In this document: one piece after another, positions 48,101 to 59,329 of the stretch | Layout: every line of letters begins with the position of its first letter | Position numbering within the stretch: position 1 is the first letter of the stretch | The notes under the pieces: model-generated | What the model was told of the DNA's origin: nothing | The model's input: the letters and a program-made list of their open reading frames with translations, nothing else | Databases searched by the model: none | Program-made: the position numbers and the translations under genes | Origin: Flectonema sp. DT1601 | Taxonomy: Eukaryota | DNA length: 64,000 bases | NCBI GenBank assembly: GCA_964019425.1 | Contig: OZ025800.1 | Span: 124,001 to 188,000 of the forward strand | Direction of reading: 5' to 3'

Positions 48101-50146
48101 CCAGTGCAGCGCTCTGATTCAACAAGTGCGGCGACTGTTTGCTCAACTCCTTCACGAACGATGTAAAAGACTTCTCCTAAATATGAAAGTATCTTTCCTT
48201 TAGTACTCTGCTGTGCGTCTTGAGATTTATCAGACTGCTGCTTGTGACGTTTTCTCGTAGTAGATCCGACACCAATACTTGGTAAGTTAAAGTAGATTGC
48301 TTCTACGATGTCAGCCAAGTCTGCGAATAATGTAGCAATCACAGATCTCAAATATTTACTAAATCGATTTCTTAATTGAGTAAATCCGATATCACGAAGT
48401 GGGAATGTATTAATGTTTTGAGTCTTAGATTCTAACCCACAATGATTGATTCCTAAAACACGACACATCTCAGGTACTACTTGAAGAATTGCTGTTAATA
48501 CAGCGCTGGTAGAGTAGTTACATCCATCTGTTGATGTGAATCTCATTATACCTGTTGGTGGTGTTGGTGGTGTTGGTGGTGTTGGTGGTGTTGGTGGTGT
48601 TGGTGGTGTTGGTGGTGTTGGTGGTGTTGGTGGTGTTGGTGGTGTTGGTGGTGTTGGTGGTGTTGGTGGTGTTGGTGGTGTTGGTGGTGTTGTTTTAATC
48701 TGATTTGATAACATCATTAAGTCATTAAAGATAAAGAGAACATACCTTGTTGACTACCCGTAGACTCTGATCCAATCAGCGACAGTGATGTCTTTGAGTA
48801 TTCTTGTACTCCACTATTAACACCATGACGAGCAAGAGGTGGAACTAATAATTTCCACATCGCTTCAGCTGTGATATCAAAACCGTTGTTGCTGATCGAT
48901 GCTCGCCAATCAAAATGAATAAAGTCGACGTGCATATTAAAAGTTTTCTTAACATCATTTAGTGACTGTTCGAAATGAGATTTGTCGGCATTCTCGCGGT
49001 CTGATGTAAGACAGACACAGGCCTGTTTTATTATTATGTTTTGTTAGAATGAAGTAGTAAATAAATGAATTAGAAAAGACCTATAAAACATACGAGTGGA
49101 CATCCTCCTCCGTATCGACAGAGTAATCGTTCCCAATATTTAACACTTTTTTTATTTTGTGATATTCCATCAGGAATGGTCTCCTCACGTGTTGTTGGAA
49201 TAGTACCAGTTCTCATGACGTAAGAAGACCACTGGACTTCACGAACGTAATGTGTTCTGGGAACAGGATTACTCGTATGAGTTGAGACATCAGACTTTCC
49301 AGAAGGACGATCTCTTACTGTGTACATTATAAATTCGATTTCGTATTCATTTGGTGGAGATGCGTTTACATTGAGTCCAGTTGTAGTACAGTTCTTTGAG
49401 GATGGATTCTTTGATGATCTTCTAGCAATTAAAGCAACATTAGCTTCATTAATAAGCTCTCTGTCTGTGATAACAATCGAACGTGCCATTCCCTGAATGA
49501 GAACAATGCACCAGTTCTCCAAACCGACTTCAACAAAACGTTTGCGTAATGATTCATTCCAAACAAACTCATCGTTCTTTATCCCTTTTGCGACCGGTTT
49601 TGAATTTGGAAATTGTTTTGTAACTGAGTAACTTTCACTGTAGAAGTAATTACTACCAATTACTGTTGAGCAGAGTGTATTTACATGTTGCTGTTCAGTT
49701 TTGTTTAATGGATGAAATGGAAATGACAAAGGAACTCTCACCCACTGAGATGACGTTAAGGTAAATATCGGATACTCAGGTGGTAATGTGCAAGTCTCAT
49801 CAACTGATGTTCCGACAAGTAGCAGTCCTTCATTACCTGTTTATGTTTTATTGCTTTTAATAATTATTTGAAAATCAAAAAATAACATTTCCCTCCCGTA
49901 CATACCGAGAGTAACGTATCCAATAAGACAAGCAGCATCACTAACTATTTCTGGTTTTTGTATTGTTTCCAAAGCACCATCAAGAGTGGAGAACAAGTCA
50001 ACACCTGGAGTCGCTGTGTATAACAAGTCTCCTGTTGTCCCTTCGATTGTTATTATTTGAACGTCAGATCGTTGAGCCAGACTGGAGACTATGAAATGCT
50101 CACCGAAGATATCTTTTATAACGAAATGTCGCGAACATTTAGACAT
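45161..50146 (-). CDS. SAC9-like phosphoinositide phosphatase-domain protein with FYVE-like zinc finger, 6 exons (probably catalytically inactive)
   Basis: Introns 49837-49905, 49023-49093, 48552-48745, 45431-45495 and 45260-45334 join four ORFs plus two small 3' exons. The N-terminus (FIVSSLAQRSDVQIITIEGTTGDLLYTATPGVDLF...CLIGYVTLGNEGLLLV...SQWVRVPL) resembles plant SAC9. SAC motifs EFVWNESL, WCIVLIQG and LIARRS are present, plus a Cys cluster C-x4-C...CAYC...CKDC...CLRC. Confidence 0.8.
48554..48688. repeat. (GTTGGTGGT)15 9-bp tandem repeat inside SAC9-like intron 3
   Basis: 15 perfect units; the minus strand reads (ACCACCAAC)n and ends in the ...AACAG acceptor at 48552. Confidence 0.95.
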
Positions 50147-50456
50147 TGCAACCCCCGACCTGAATAGAAGATGAAGATATATGATTACAACTCCTCTCGT
50201 TGTGATTTGATAACGTCCCCGACAGACCAGATGCTCCTGTAAATTAAAAAGTTTTTTTATTACAAAATAACAAATCAACTTCAATGCAACACAAAGATGA
50301 ACGCACCGACTGGTTGCGCACGTGCAAAGTTAAATTTTCTTTTACTAAAAGAGAGTGAGAGTGATAATCGGCTGATTAATAATTACCGGATGCCCTCACT
50401 CATTAGCTGTGAGAAGACTATGACATAACAGATATCACAATGTGGTTAAGAGTGTT

Positions 50457-52001
50457 TTATTTCTCACTTTCACATCGAGAACACGTACATGAAAATCGAT
50501 AATTTCTAAGAAGGTACGCCTGACGTTTTTCTCTCGGTTCATTTTCTACTTCGTCAACGTATGAGATAGTAACCTCATCACCAGCCTTGATAGGACGTTT
50601 AGCGAGCATATAAATCCCCTCGTCCATTGACTCAGTGTAGGCAACTTCCGCATTCGGATCACAAGAGTGATTTGTAACTGAGTGAACACGATAGACTCCT
50701 TGACCACGAGATGAGTAGTACAATTTATTTGAGATATCTGTGGGAACAGCAGCTCTCCAATCAAACTTCTTACCAACTAATCCATTTGGGACATCTTCTT
50801 CTTCAAGCCATACGAGGTATCTACCAAAAGGTGATTCAGGGCTTCGTTCTTGTGCGTTCAGTTGAATTCCTCCAAGTAGTCTGCTGACCTTTTTAAAGTC
50901 CAGTCCTATGAACTCACAATCAGTTTTACCAAAGATTTCATAAATATAATTCAGGTAGGTTGTTACGATCTCTGTTGGAGATGTTTTTTTCTTCTTAAGA
51001 GTCCAAACTACTGCTAGTTCATCCCACGGTGCCCAAGCTAAGATGTCGTAAGGATACCAAGCTTCTTGAACAGATGAGTGTCTTGCTTCACATATCACTC
51101 TAGCAATAGCATGTAGTGATAAGTGAAATGAATCACTGTAGTCAACTCCTCCTTGTTTCCATGACTTTCTCTCTAACTTACTGTAAGCTTCGACTTGCTC
51201 ATCAGTCATTCTTCCCTTACACAGTTTGTAGTGCCAGGTTTTATCAGCTCTTTCCCTGATCCTTTCATTCATAAACATCGCAGGGCATCCTTGATTTGAG
51301 AATTCACACTTGACTGGATGTCTACCTTCTTCTCCGAGATAGGCTTTCATTTCAGGCATGTTTGGAGTGTCATGTTTTCTACGTAATCTGGTGTAGACTT
51401 GCTCCGGAGTTTCAAAACTCGACAGAGTGTGAGCACAGGTTGGAATACCATCAACTCTATCTGATGCATCTTGTGTACAGACAAGTGCGTGATCCTGTTT
51501 AGATTAGTAGTTGTTATGGTTATTTATTAAATTATACTTAGGGGGTTAACTGTTCGAGTTTGTACGTAAAATACAAATGTTTTGTATCATAGACAACATA
51601 ACGATAATTTAACATTAGTTCTGATGATTAACAATAAATGTTTCTAACTTAGCTGCATACACATCTCTTTTTCCGTGTTGTCATTCAGTGCAGTACGGAA
51701 TCGAGTTATTCAATTTTGAATTAATCGTGAGCCCTGGGAAACCAAAACCAGGGTATAATGTAATACGGCAGAGTGTAGCTTTCACCTACAAATTACTTGC
51801 TTAAAATCAACAATTCTTTGAAAAAAATACTTAGGGGGTGTTTGGCCATACCTCAATAATAATTCCTCCTTCTTCAACATCTTTCATAGCAATCATCGCT
51901 TTGCCTTTTCCGGGGATGTTCGCAACTCTAATCTTTTTCCCCTTCGTGAGCCTCGCATAATATTCATCATCAGGCCCAGGGGTGTTGGGAGGTACTTCCA
52001 T
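50457..52001 (-). CDS. SMYD-type SET-domain lysine methyltransferase, 2 exons
   Basis: Exon 1 (52001-51852) encodes ...IPGKGKAMIAMKDVEEGGIIIE. Intron 51495-51851 joins it to DHALVC...; the C-terminus has NHSCDPN, GDEVTISY and post-SET YRFSCTCSRC. Confidence 0.88.
51534..51839 (+). mobile_element. Putative short non-autonomous insertion (280 bp) flanked by a 13-bp direct repeat
   Basis: ATACTTAGGGGGT occurs at 51534-51546 and 51827-51839, and the insert ends in a short A-run. Removing it leaves a 64-nt intron, the typical size here. Confidence 0.5.
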
Positions 52002-52858
52002 TTATAAGAATCTGATTGATTGAAATAAATTGAAATCATCTGATAAAAGTAAACAAAACGATCATTAGAATAAACTCCATAGAACTACAGAGAAAACACT
52101 ACCCATTACTATAAGGGTATCCTGAACACAGTACGCTATTGTTTCGATCGATTGTAGTAACTAAAAAGAAATCTGTGGGGTGGAACAAACAAAAAAACCT
52201 AATTTAATTAAAATGGAGCAACAAGAGGCACTGCAGACACTTCAATGAGGGGCTGCGTGGACCCACAAACTTATGACAGTGACACCGCCATTCATTACGC
52301 TAGCGGTATATACTTTGCTACATGGACAGTGCTAGAATTGTTAATCTTGTTGTTTTTTTTATTCCTCTTCTTTTTTTCGTTCCTTTTTCCTCTTTTTTTT
52401 TTCTTGGCTATTATTTCTTCTGTTCTTGTCATGTTATCCGTACCGTACGTGTACAAAAAAAAAAAAAAAAAGAATATCGGGCGAAAAAATAAAAAGATTT
52501 AGTTTTTAAAAAATGCACATGTAGAGCACATGCTAAGCTAGAAAAAGAATCGACTAAAGCACAAGTGTTCCATGAAAAATGTGGTTAGCAGAATGCAACC
52601 ACAGAAAAAAATAATAATACCCGTATGTTACAAAGTATCACACAAACCTCACTAACCGAAATCAATTTTCCAAAAACATAAAGAAGGGAAGTTAATAAAG
52701 TAAAAATAAACGGAAGAAAGAAAGAAAAAGAAAAAAACGCTTACTATCCGTTCGTGCAAAAACAGAGAAGAGGTCCAACTAAAAACCTTACATTAATAAT
52801 AACCAGAAGAGCTAAAGAAGTAGAACCCCAAAGACGTTAGAGTACACGCTCAGCATAT

Positions 52859-55800
52859 TTAGTATTTCTTCCCACCTTTACGAGTAGCATAGGGCTCGCC
52901 CGCTTCCTGTGCCTGTGCCTGATTTTGAAGTTCCAACGTGCGCAGCCTGGCCTGGTCTGCTTCGTCCTGAGCACGCTGTCTGTTGTCCATTTGGTTAGAG
53001 ATGAATTCAGATGATGTTGGTACCTGTTTAATTATTTATAATTCTCAATTATCAGTATCCGTAAATACCCAAAAAAATCTAAAAACCAGAAAAGGAAAAA
53101 AGGAGCAACACTAAATATACACATACCTGGAGGGTACCTACCGCAAGGGATTTTGTTCCAACTCGAACAGACGCATTAGATTCAGTTTTACGGCGAAGGA
53201 CTACCGTGAACGGCGTGGCCTCTTCCACTTCAGGATCAGAATCGGAACACCCCCGAGCAGTTCTTTTATCATTTGCTCGCATAAGAGAAGCTAATGGAAT
53301 ATTCATCGTCTGTGCAATCTTGTCGTCAAGTTTAGTTCCTGAACGCTTACCAGAGCGGTTCACATCTGTTGCAGCGGTGGTGGGACCACGGAGGGCATCT
53401 TTGAAGAGCGCATCGAATTCTTCATCTTCTTCAGAGCGATTGGGATCTTTACGACGAGTGGCTGTAAACCCTGCACCAGCTGCTGGAATTAAAAACCTAC
53501 CACGAGAGTAATCTTCATCCTGTGAAGGGTCGAGATCCTCAGAAGGTTCCTTTGAGTCGCGATCATCATCTCGCTGTTCTTTTTGTTGTGTTGGCTGTGC
53601 ATCGGGTTTTTGATCAACAGTTTCCTCTTCATCGTCTTCGTCCTCATCAGCGCTGTCAACTTCACTTGTCATACCGAGAGGATAGACTTTAGTCCTGAAT
53701 GGAACGATGCTGTTGGAGAGTAGTTGTTTTCGTGCACCTCCTTCCATTGACACTCCAGGATTTCCCAGAGCTTCTTGTAAGTTCTTCATAAATGCTAATT
53801 GAGCAACATTCTTCCCTCCCAACAATGATTTACTATTAAACCTTCCATGTTGTAGTACCTGTTCTACGTTCTTGACCATCGCATTAGCTCCTCCGATTGT
53901 TTCTGGGAAACTTATAAATGGTCTGGCTTGCTTCTCAGTGACGTTATATAAATGATCAAGATAATCAGCTACTTTATAATCCAAGTCAATAGGAAAAGGA
54001 TGTGACTTACTATGTATATAACGATAGTAGTAAGGAAGGAATCTGAATAACTTTTTACATGAGGCTCTCGATTCGGTTAAATATACAGTGCAAGCATGTA
54101 ACACGGCTGTGACCATTCGAACTCTAAAATAGTATCCTGGCGGGTCATTCCAACCAGCGTACCAAAGAAGGACGTATAATGTGTCAAAGAGAACATTTTC
54201 GCTGCCGATCACGCGAGAGATGCAAAGTTCGCTGAGTAGTTGAAGTTCGAGTAGTCGTTTTTGTGGTGAAATTGGTTGAGAAATATCACTCACTGGAGGA
54301 CAGATCTCAAGACCTAATCTAATACTTTCGAGTAAGCTATCCACAACACGTATCCCAACAGTAGGATGAGACTCTCCTAACGCTGCAATCAACGATGCGA
54401 TGAGTGGTATTACGGTATACTTTACTCTGTGAGCTTTTCGTAAATTTGTTACAATAACTCTTTCTGTTGATGGTTCTTTCCAATTTAATTTTCTAAGAGA
54501 TCGAGCGACTTGCTGAACATTCTTCCTTCCTTTTAACTGTGTAAATAACAAATACCTGACATATTCTTCCTTCTCGCTGTATTGTTTTAATCTTTTTACA
54601 GGTCTTGGAGCGGAATCTAATTCTGGTGGAAGTGCTTCAACGAGAGCAGCCTCTACCATCATATCATGTCGGGGGTCGAGATCTTTATGTTGACGCTGTC
54701 TTTTAACGTGTTGAAGTAGATTTTGAAACCTGACACTTGATGTTAGTCCACGGTATAAGAATCTTCCACAAGACTCTAAGAGATGACAAGCGACTTCAAT
54801 GTTGTGATGAACGAAGCTGTCCGTCAATTTTGCAAGTAATCGAAGTATTAATGAGGGTTGGCAGATCTTAAACTTCACTAACTCAGCAATCATTCGAATG
54901 TTTCGTCTTCTCTCTTCAATCCAAAGTTGGTTTTGTTGGCTGTACTGCCTCTCAAATTCATCTTCAAAAGCGCTTACCAAATTCGGTCCAATTTCCTTCC
55001 AAATTTCCGTAAAAGTTGCAGCAACTCTTATGTATTGAGGGAAGAGGTTAAAACTATTTCGGGGAACTTCAAATATCGCTTTTGAGAGTTTCTTTCTACA
55101 AGTTGCTGCAAACGATCCTAAAAACAGAATATCTGCGGGGGTCGGGCTCTCGGCAATCGTCACGTTTGGAGGGTGAAAACATTCCTCAAGAAACTCTCCC
55201 ACCCAGGCATCAGTTGACACCTTCCCCGTACAGCGTTCTGGTAGTTGGGATATGAGGACATCAACTGCTGCGAAGTCAGGCTTTCTTTTATCCTTTTCAT
55301 CTTTTCCAGTAGAAGCCTCTCCTTTTGGGTGATCATCTTTACCGTCGGCTTCCTTTGTTCCTTCAGCAAACTTAACTTTGCCAGATGCTGGTTCGGCATC
55401 TCGTTCACGCTCTGGAGACGATTCAGTATCTGTAGATCTTTCAGCTTTTGTTCCTTTTATAATTGCTTTGCGAAGTGATGAGTTGACAACCCATTCGGGA
55501 AGAGCTGCAGTAATGTCTGGAAGGTCTTCATAGAAAGCTCTTTGATCCTCATCATCAAAAGTTGATGAGGTTCCGAATTCTTCAACAGGTGCGTAGTATG
55601 ACGACAACCCTGACATGAATGTAATGTTTTTAGAAGTCTCACCTGAAGTCATCTTTTGGATCTCTTCATCTCTGGACTCTGGAGCATCATCAACACAGTT
55701 TAATGAATCTGCTATGTGAGTTACTAATACAACACATCTTTCGAAGGCTTTTTTCTGTTCTTGTAATGCTGTCTTTTTGTCTTCAGGAAGCTCTCCTTTC

Positions 55801-56738
55801 GTATTAATAATTTGAAGACTTTGTTCATAAGATGATTTATAGTCTGCGAGGAACTTATTGTGAGTATGGACACCGGCTTTGAAGTATTTCTTAAAACCGT
55901 TTTTAAAAACTTCGATGTCGGAAGATGGGATGAGAGGATCTTGTTTTTGATGAATATATCTCTGAACAGTAAGACACCAAGTGATGATGTCAGCTTCTGT
56001 TTGGACAGAGTCTGGAGGGGTCGGGTTAGGATTTTTATCAGACATAAGCTGCTCTCCTGTTGCTGATACAATACCAAAAACATCATGTCCATAATACTTA
56101 AGTAGCAGCTGTACTAGTGATAGGGACCTCTCTGTTGGATGCGGTACTTCAGTTGGTGCAGCAGAGTCAGAGCAGGGAAATACTATCGATTTTAATACTT
56201 TTTTAAGTACTTTGACATCAGTAATCACACCAATGTAATATAATTCAACAAGTAGCCTACATGTCGATCGGGTGCATACAACTGACGGAGAGCCTTCTGT
56301 TGGAGCATCGCATAAGGATGTGTTATTTTGTAGATTATTTGACAAAGCAGCCGTCAAGTCTGATGCGAATCCTTTGTAAGTCGCATTTAACAAAGAAATT
56401 ATTTTACCAGCATTAACGGAGTCGGCAGCCTTTAGCTTTCCATCGTGTACTGCCTGAGTAAATGCTTGTACTATCTCAGAGGTGTATCTCGTGAGGTTAT
56501 AGGTTTTTAGTTGAGTCTCACACCAGTCGTGGTCATCTGTTGAAAAGGACTTACATCGCTTGACAAAAGCTGTGCTCTTCTTCAAGTCTGATTTTAATTT
56601 CTTAACTTCCATTCCTCCTTCTCCTGCAAGATTCTGAGCACGTAATTTCCTGCGCAATTCGATAACCGTCTTCGCATGTTCGAGCTCTTTTTGTATCAGC
56701 TCCTCTCGGGCCTGCTGTTTCTTATCGTCATCACTCAT
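52859..56738 (-). CDS. UPF2: Regulator of nonsense transcripts 2 (UPF2/NMD2), 2 exons
   Basis: MIF4G-1 KLKSDLKKSTAFVKR...NLTRYTSE; FDDEDQRAFYEDLPD; RRNIRMIAELVKF...HHNIEVACHLLESCGRFL; acidic region. Intron 53024-53126 adds the C-terminal VPTSSEFISNQ...RLRTLEL, matching the UPF2 C-terminus. Probable start MSDDDKK. Confidence 0.92.
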
Positions 56739-56909
56739 AAGACACGCCCTGCTGTGAAGTATAAAGTTATTAAACATTTTGAATATATGACGAAATGAAC
56801 ATTTAATCGAAGACAGGGGAATAGATAACATAACATAGCTAATTGGTATTTCAGTTTCCTGTAATGAGAAATAGTTCGTACAAGTCAACAATACCGATAC
56901 CAAATAATA

Positions 56910-57806
56910 TCATGTTAACAAGTTTATGATAATTGGATTACCAGCAGCTAACGTGAAGGCAGACACCCCCCTGTGTTTGATACGTTTTCGTGCCCCTGCT
57001 CGCAGTAGTATTTCGCAAACCTCTCGATGTCCAGCCCTGGCTGCGACCATGAGAGCTGTCATTCCAAGTACACGCATGTTTGGGTCAGTGCCAGCTTCAA
57101 GTAAAATGTTAACAATCCTTGGTTGATCATACTCAGCAGCAATAGTAAGAGCCGAATCTGCTTTCCAACGGGCGCGCAGATCAGCACCAGCTGCAATCAA
57201 CATTTTACAGACACATTCATTTCCACTTTGAGCAGATACCATCAGCGCTGTTGTACCTGTTCCGTTTATGTTTGGATCAGCCCCAACGCTTAACAAATAC
57301 TCGACGATCTCTTCTCGAGAGATACGAGCAGCGTATGTGAGTGCCGTCCTGTAAAAGTCATCCGTTTTATTTGGATTCGCAGAAAAGCTGATTAGTTCCT
57401 TGCAAGACTCTAACCGACCATTCCAAGAAGCATAAATAAGAGCAGTCCTTCCATTACTGTCAATAGAATCAACTGGTATACCTGCTTCTATGAAAGGAAT
57501 TAGAGATCCGCCTCCAAGTTTTGCCGTTTCTATGAAAGTTGGTATTGATAAAGTTGTTCCAGACTGTAAAAGACTTCTAATTGCGATATCTTTTGTTGCA
57601 ATTCCGACTTCAATAACATCGTCGCACATAATCCCGTTGATACTTCCTTCTTCGATTTCTTCTCCTTCAAAATACAATAATATTCTATCTTCATCAACTT
57701 CCATTTCTTCTGCAACTTTCTCTTTCAGACTGCGGAGCGTTTCCCCAATCTCAAGATTGATTGGAAATAATTCATTTGAGCTTTCCGGTTGTGCATAGAT
57801 ATTCAT
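56910..57806 (-). CDS. Ubiquitin-like domain + ankyrin repeat protein (about 298 aa), paralogue of 1059-2192
   Basis: UBL-like MNIYAQ...ETLRSLKEKVAEEM...ILLYFEGEEI, then ankyrin repeats (GRTALIYAS, TALMVSAQSG, TALMVAARAG). Start at 57806 follows a TTTCTTTTACAG acceptor at 57824. Confidence 0.88.
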   Translation of the reverse strand: MNIYAQPESSNELFPINLEIGETLRSLKEKVAEEMEVDEDRILLYFEGEEIEEGSINGIMCDDVIEVGIATKDIAIRSLLQSGTTLSIPTFIETAKLGGGSLIPFIEAGIPVDSIDSNGRTALIYASWNGRLESCKELISFSANPNKTDDFYRTALTYAARISREEIVEYLLSVGADPNINGTGTTALMVSAQSGNECVCKMLIAAGADLRARWKADSALTIAAEYDQPRIVNILLEAGTDPNMRVLGMTALMVAARAGHREVCEILLRAGARKRIKHRGVSAFTLAAGNPIIINLLT

Positions 57807-58180
57807 CACACGCCAACTAGGACCTGTAAAAGAAATATTATTCATTTGTAAATATGTGTTTGATTGTTATTAGGATCACAACTTATTAGTAATAATGTAA
57901 TAACAAAAAGAGAACAACACATAAAAACAGTACAGGATTGCGGGTATACACCCAGCAGTTTTTTTTTAAATATTTTAATAATAAAAAAAAAGAAAAACAA
58001 GTTACAATAAAAGGCACAGAAAATACTATCAGCATTGCCAATGAAGGGAAGGGGTTAATATTTATAAACAATAAAGAAACTACGGGCACAAACAGAATGG
58101 TAATAAACAGATACAAACTAATACAATACACTAACTCAGTACTACAATTATTATTATTTTTATTTTTTTAAGAAACTAAA

Positions 58181-59329
58181 TTAAACTCTAAAAGGACTTG
58201 GCAAATAAGAAGCACCAACCTCATTATGTGTGTATGCGAGTGGAGAAGCAGCTGGCAGTTCATTATCGACAGAGAGACCAGCAGCAGGAGCAGTTCCAAC
58301 AGGAGTAGTTGCATAATTAGCGTTACCGATGTTGATACCCATTGTATTAGGACTACCAACATAAGACTTTCTCTGTCCAGGATTACCACTTATATGAGTA
58401 GGGTGATGCATATAGAGATGTAGATTCACAGATTGAATACTTTTATTTCGACCTATTTGAGGTGCCCCAGGTAATTCTTTCGGCTTTCTCTTACGACGAA
58501 CAGTAGGTGCTGGTTGCTGAAGAGTATTAAGCATATCAATCGGGATTAGCATCATTGGCTCTGCAGGTTGAACAGGTGGAGGAGGAGGAGCAGGTGGTTC
58601 TGGAGGAATGTACTCAACGAATTCTACTTCTGGCTCTTCAGGTTCCTCTTCGAAGACTTCTTCCTCTTCTTCCTCCTCTTCTTCTATTTCTTCAACTACA
58701 GGAGATGGTTCTTCAATAACAGGTGGTGGTGGTGGTGGAGGAGGTTCTGGTTTTGGAAATTCAAACGGTTTGTCATTGTCATTCAACCACTGCTTTTGCT
58801 TTTCCTTCAAAGTTCTACGATCTTGTACTTGGAATGGTCCATATTTACTTGGTTCTTTATAAACATTATAATCGATTCCTATTCTGTATGCTGGTAAATC
58901 TTTTCCCGTCCAAGTCTTGTAACAAGCATTATAAATCCTAGCAATGATATCCGGGTCTTGAGCAACTTTAATTGGACAACTGTTGTGCAGATGGCTTCGT
59001 ATTTCAAGAACGAGAGTCTTTTCCTTCGCCTGAACTTGTGATTTAATAATCCAGCGAGGAACACCGTTAAAGTGTTGAACGTATATAACTCCGATATCTT
59101 TGTTTCTAATAACTCTTCTGATGTCTCCGCTAGTCTTGGCGAGAATTGTGAATTTCGGTGTTATCATCCAAAGCAGGTCTTCCTTTGTCTTTCCATCAGA
59201 TTGTATTCGGTGAGCCATCGTGTAGTAAACTAGATTCGGAGAGTTGGCAAATTTTTCCAAACGTGGATCCATTGTAATCGTCTGGAACCGGAAGTCATTG
59301 ATATTTTGTATTTCCGTTTGTTGTTGCAT
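58181..59329 (-). CDS. Hypothetical protein: globular (possibly PH-like) N-terminus, poly-Pro/poly-Glu linker, low-complexity tail (382 aa)
   Basis: Long minus-strand ORF with PPPPPPPP and EEEEEEEE tracts. The PH-like call is inferred from the beta-strand pattern only. Confidence 0.75.
   Translation of the reverse strand: MQQQTEIQNINDFRFQTITMDPRLEKFANSPNLVYYTMAHRIQSDGKTKEDLLWMITPKFTILAKTSGDIRRVIRNKDIGVIYVQHFNGVPRWIIKSQVQAKEKTLVLEIRSHLHNSCPIKVAQDPDIIARIYNACYKTWTGKDLPAYRIGIDYNVYKEPSKYGPFQVQDRRTLKEKQKQWLNDNDKPFEFPKPEPPPPPPPPVIEEPSPVVEEIEEEEEEEEEVFEEEPEEPEVEFVEYIPPEPPAPPPPPVQPAEPMMLIPIDMLNTLQQPAPTVRRKRKPKELPGAPQIGRNKSIQSVNLHLYMHHPTHISGNPGQRKSYVGSPNTMGINIGNANYATTPVGTAPAAGLSVDNELPAASPLAYTHNEVGASYLPSPFRV

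Noticed and set aside
48551..48717. (TPP)15 proline-rich N-terminus of the 1075-aa ORF
   Set aside because: It lies within GT-AG intron 48552-48745, whose removal restores the SAC-domain frame.
56739..56903. N-terminal extensions given by the ORF track (UPF2, also MFS 5469-5534, CSD 10708-10773, SAC9-like 50147-50284)
   Set aside because: They mostly begin at non-ATG codons and run through pyrimidine-rich acceptor or UTR sequence; downstream ATGs fit better.
58568..58941. Plus-strand Ser/Gly-rich and Phe/Trp-rich ORFs
   Set aside because: They are antisense reflections of the poly-Glu/poly-Pro tracts of the 382-aa minus-strand gene.
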